From Candidatus Omnitrophota bacterium (GTDB lineage Bacteria; Omnitrophota; Gorgyraeia; Gygaellales; Profunditerraquicolaceae), in the NCBI GenBank assembly GCA_026387455.1, contig JAPLLR010000014.1:5052-69051 (forward strand): DNA of 64,000 nucleotides. Reading direction: 5' to 3'. A model generated the notes under the pieces. The model worked only from the letters and a program-made list of their open reading frames with translations, did no database searches and was not told the origin of the DNA. The translations under genes were made by a program, and so were the position numbers. This document shows positions 61,826 through 64,000 of the stretch, piece by piece (position 1 is the first letter of the stretch; the number at the start of each line of letters is the position of its first letter).

Positions 61826-62772
61826 TGAGTTGGACCAAGAAAGATCTATTGGGGCTTGAATATTTAAGCAAGGAAGAGCTGGAGCTCATCCTTGCCACTG
61901 CTGAGAGTTTTAAAGAAATTTCCTCGCGCGAGATCAAAAAGGTCCCCGCCCTGCGTGGCAAAACCGTGGTTAATCTGTTCTATGAGCCATCCACCCGTAC
62001 CCGCGTTTCTTTTGAAGTAGCGGCAAAGCGTTTGTCCGCGGACGTGATCAATATCGCCACAGAGACCTCAAGCGTCAAAAAAGGCGAGACCCTGATCGAT
62101 ACCGGGACCAATATCCAGGCGCTCAAGGCTGATGTGATCGTTATCCGGCATAATTATTCCGGGGCAGCCAACATGCTGGCCCGTCATCTGGATATCAGCG
62201 TGGTCAATGCCGGAGACGGCTGGCATGAACACCCCACGCAAGCTCTTTTAGATATATTTACCTTGAAAGAAAAGGTGGGAAAAATAGAAGGCTTAAACGT
62301 AAGTATTGTGGGAGATATCGCGCATTCTCGGGTGGCGCGTTCCGATATTTGGGGCCTGACTAAATTAGGCGCAAAAGTCACGGTGTGCGCACCGAAGATC
62401 CTAATTCCCGAAGGGATTGAACATATGGGCGTGCGGGTGACTCATAATATCGATGAGGCAATGCGCAATGCCGATGCCATAAATGTTTTGCGCATGCAGT
62501 TTGAGCGCGATGAAAAGGCGGTATTCCCGCAGCAGCTGGAATATTTTAAGACTTACGGTATTACCCTGGAACGTTTAGAGAAAGCTAAGAAAGATATCGT
62601 GGTGATGCATCCCGGTCCCATAAACCGCGGGATTGAGATGTCTAGTGAAGTGGCGGACGGAAAGAATTCAGTGATCCTTGAGCAGGTGACTAACGGTATC
62701 GCAGTGAGGATGGCGGTGTTGTTCCTGGTAGCCCAGGTAGCCGACAGCAAAAAAAATGAATTTACTCATTAA
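61825..62772 (+). CDS. pyrB: aspartate carbamoyltransferase catalytic subunit
   Basis: The STRTR motif (EPSTRTRVSFE), HPxQ and the HPGP motif are present. 315 aa. Confidence 0.9.
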
Positions 62773-64000
62773 GGGTGGCAGGGTAATTGATCCGGCGAAT
62801 AATTTAGACGGTGCGTTTGATCTCCTGATCGATAACGGTAAGATAGCAAAGATCGCTAAAGGTATCCGTAACGGCGTAGACCAGATCATCGATGCCACAG
62901 GAAAGATTGTCTCACCTGGCATTGTGGACATGCATGTGCATTTACGCCAACCCGGACGGGAAGATAAAGAGACTGTGGCTACAGGCACCGCTGCCGCAGC
63001 CCGGGGCGGAGTCACCAGTGTTTTAACCATGCCTAACACTACTCCGGCTATTGACGATGTGGAAGTAGTCGAGGATTTACTAGGGATTATTAAAAAAGAC
63101 GCAGTGGTTAATGTCTTTATCTGCGCTGCTATTACCCATGGCCGCGAGGGTAAGGAATTGACTGATTTCGCGAAATTAAAAAAAGCAGGCGCGGTGGCGA
63201 TTTCCGATGACGGAGTTTCGGTGGAAGATGATAGCCTGATGCAGGCAGCTTTGAAGCTAGCCAAAAAAACGGGGATAAATGTGGTATGCCACAGCGAAGA
63301 TAAGTCTCTTTCTGCCGCAGGAGTGGTGAATGCCGGTTTTACGGCTACTCGCCTTGGCCTGCGCGGTGTATCCAAGGAATCGGAATATAAGCGGGTATCG
63401 CGGGATATAGAGCTTGCGCACAAAGTGGGGATTACGGTGCATATCGCCCATGTAAGTTGTAAAGAGACTGTAGAGATCATCCGGGAAGCAAAAAATAAAG
63501 GCATCAAAGTGACTTGTGAAACCGCGCCGCATTATTTTTCCTTAAGCGATGAGGCGGTGCTGGCCTATGACACAAATATGAAAATTAACCCGCCATTACG
63601 CTCTAAAGATGATATAGAGGCGATTAAGCAGGGGTTAAAAGATGGCACCATTGATGCTATTGCTTCTGATCATGCTCCGCATACTGAGAATGAGAAAGAG
63701 ATCGAGTTTGACCGCGCGGAGTTCGGGGTAGTGGGTCTTGAAACAGAATTAGCTGTCAGCATAACTGAGTTGATCGAGACCGGGGTATGCGGCTGGCCGA
63801 AGTTGGTGGAGAAACTCAGCCTTAATCCGGCGAAAATTCTGGGAATTAATAAAGGAACATTAAGCGTTGGTGCCGATGCTGATATCGTGGTTATTTCCCC
63901 TGAAGAAGAGTGGATAGTGCGCAAGAATGAGCTGGTTTCTAAATCCAAGAATTCCCCGTTTATTGGCCGCACGCTTAAGGGTCGGGTTGACTGTACGGTT
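62758..64000 (+). CDS. pyrC: dihydroorotase. It is partial: the 3' end runs past the window end.
   Basis: An open frame runs from the ATG at 62758 to the window end. It has DMHVHLRQPG metal-ligand His residues, DHAPH and an amidohydrolase fold. Confidence 0.85.

Overview
The window is a bacterial chromosomal segment that spans the replication origin. Genes run almost entirely on the minus strand up to about 44.3 kb, and on the plus strand from dnaA onward. Divergent rpmH and dnaA promoters and DnaA boxes sit at the switch point. Most of the window is conserved housekeeping content. The minus-strand genes include gltX, a four-subunit 2-oxoacid:ferredoxin oxidoreductase, dxs, xseAB, ymdB-rny, iscU, uvrD, rarA, pheST, trkH plus two trkA, rplT-rpmI-infC-thrS, a tRNA-Cys/Leu/Val cluster, rpoZ, gmk, yicC, ndk, parAB and yidCD-rpmH. 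The plus-strand genes include dnaA, dnaN, a DciA-like DUF721 gene, gyrB, gyrA, tRNA-Glu, glmS, rsmI, and a pyrR/pyrB/pyrC operon with a PyrR attenuator. Several things do not fit an ordinary core region. (1) A 1867-aa secreted giant protein combines a P-loop, an HExxH motif, two GNAT-like domains and a Pro-rich tail. (2) An EF-G paralogue carries a roughly 335-aa N-terminal transmembrane, coiled-coil and Pro/Glu-rich extension, immediately downstream of a PilZ gene. (3) Next to tRNA-Gln is a 4-kb block of unknown-function secreted or membrane proteins and a roughly 350-nt candidate structured RNA with GNRA-type hairpins, bounded by a family of sequence-conserved intrinsic terminators. (4) Two copies of a roughly 100-nt two-hairpin RNA element show compensatory stem changes, and many other strong intergenic hairpins are present. 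(5) rnpA is missing from the rpmH-yidD-yidC locus and Jag is reduced to its N-domain. (6) pyrR is disrupted by a roughly 46-aa internal deletion plus frameshift, while its attenuator is intact. (7) A GH39-like secreted protein has the catalytic acid/base Glu replaced by Ser. (8) gyrB carries an in-frame (AAGGCC)n repeat encoding (KA)8. No CRISPR array, rRNA, transposase or integrase was seen. Every call rests on reading the ORF translations and the nucleotide sequence. No database search was run.
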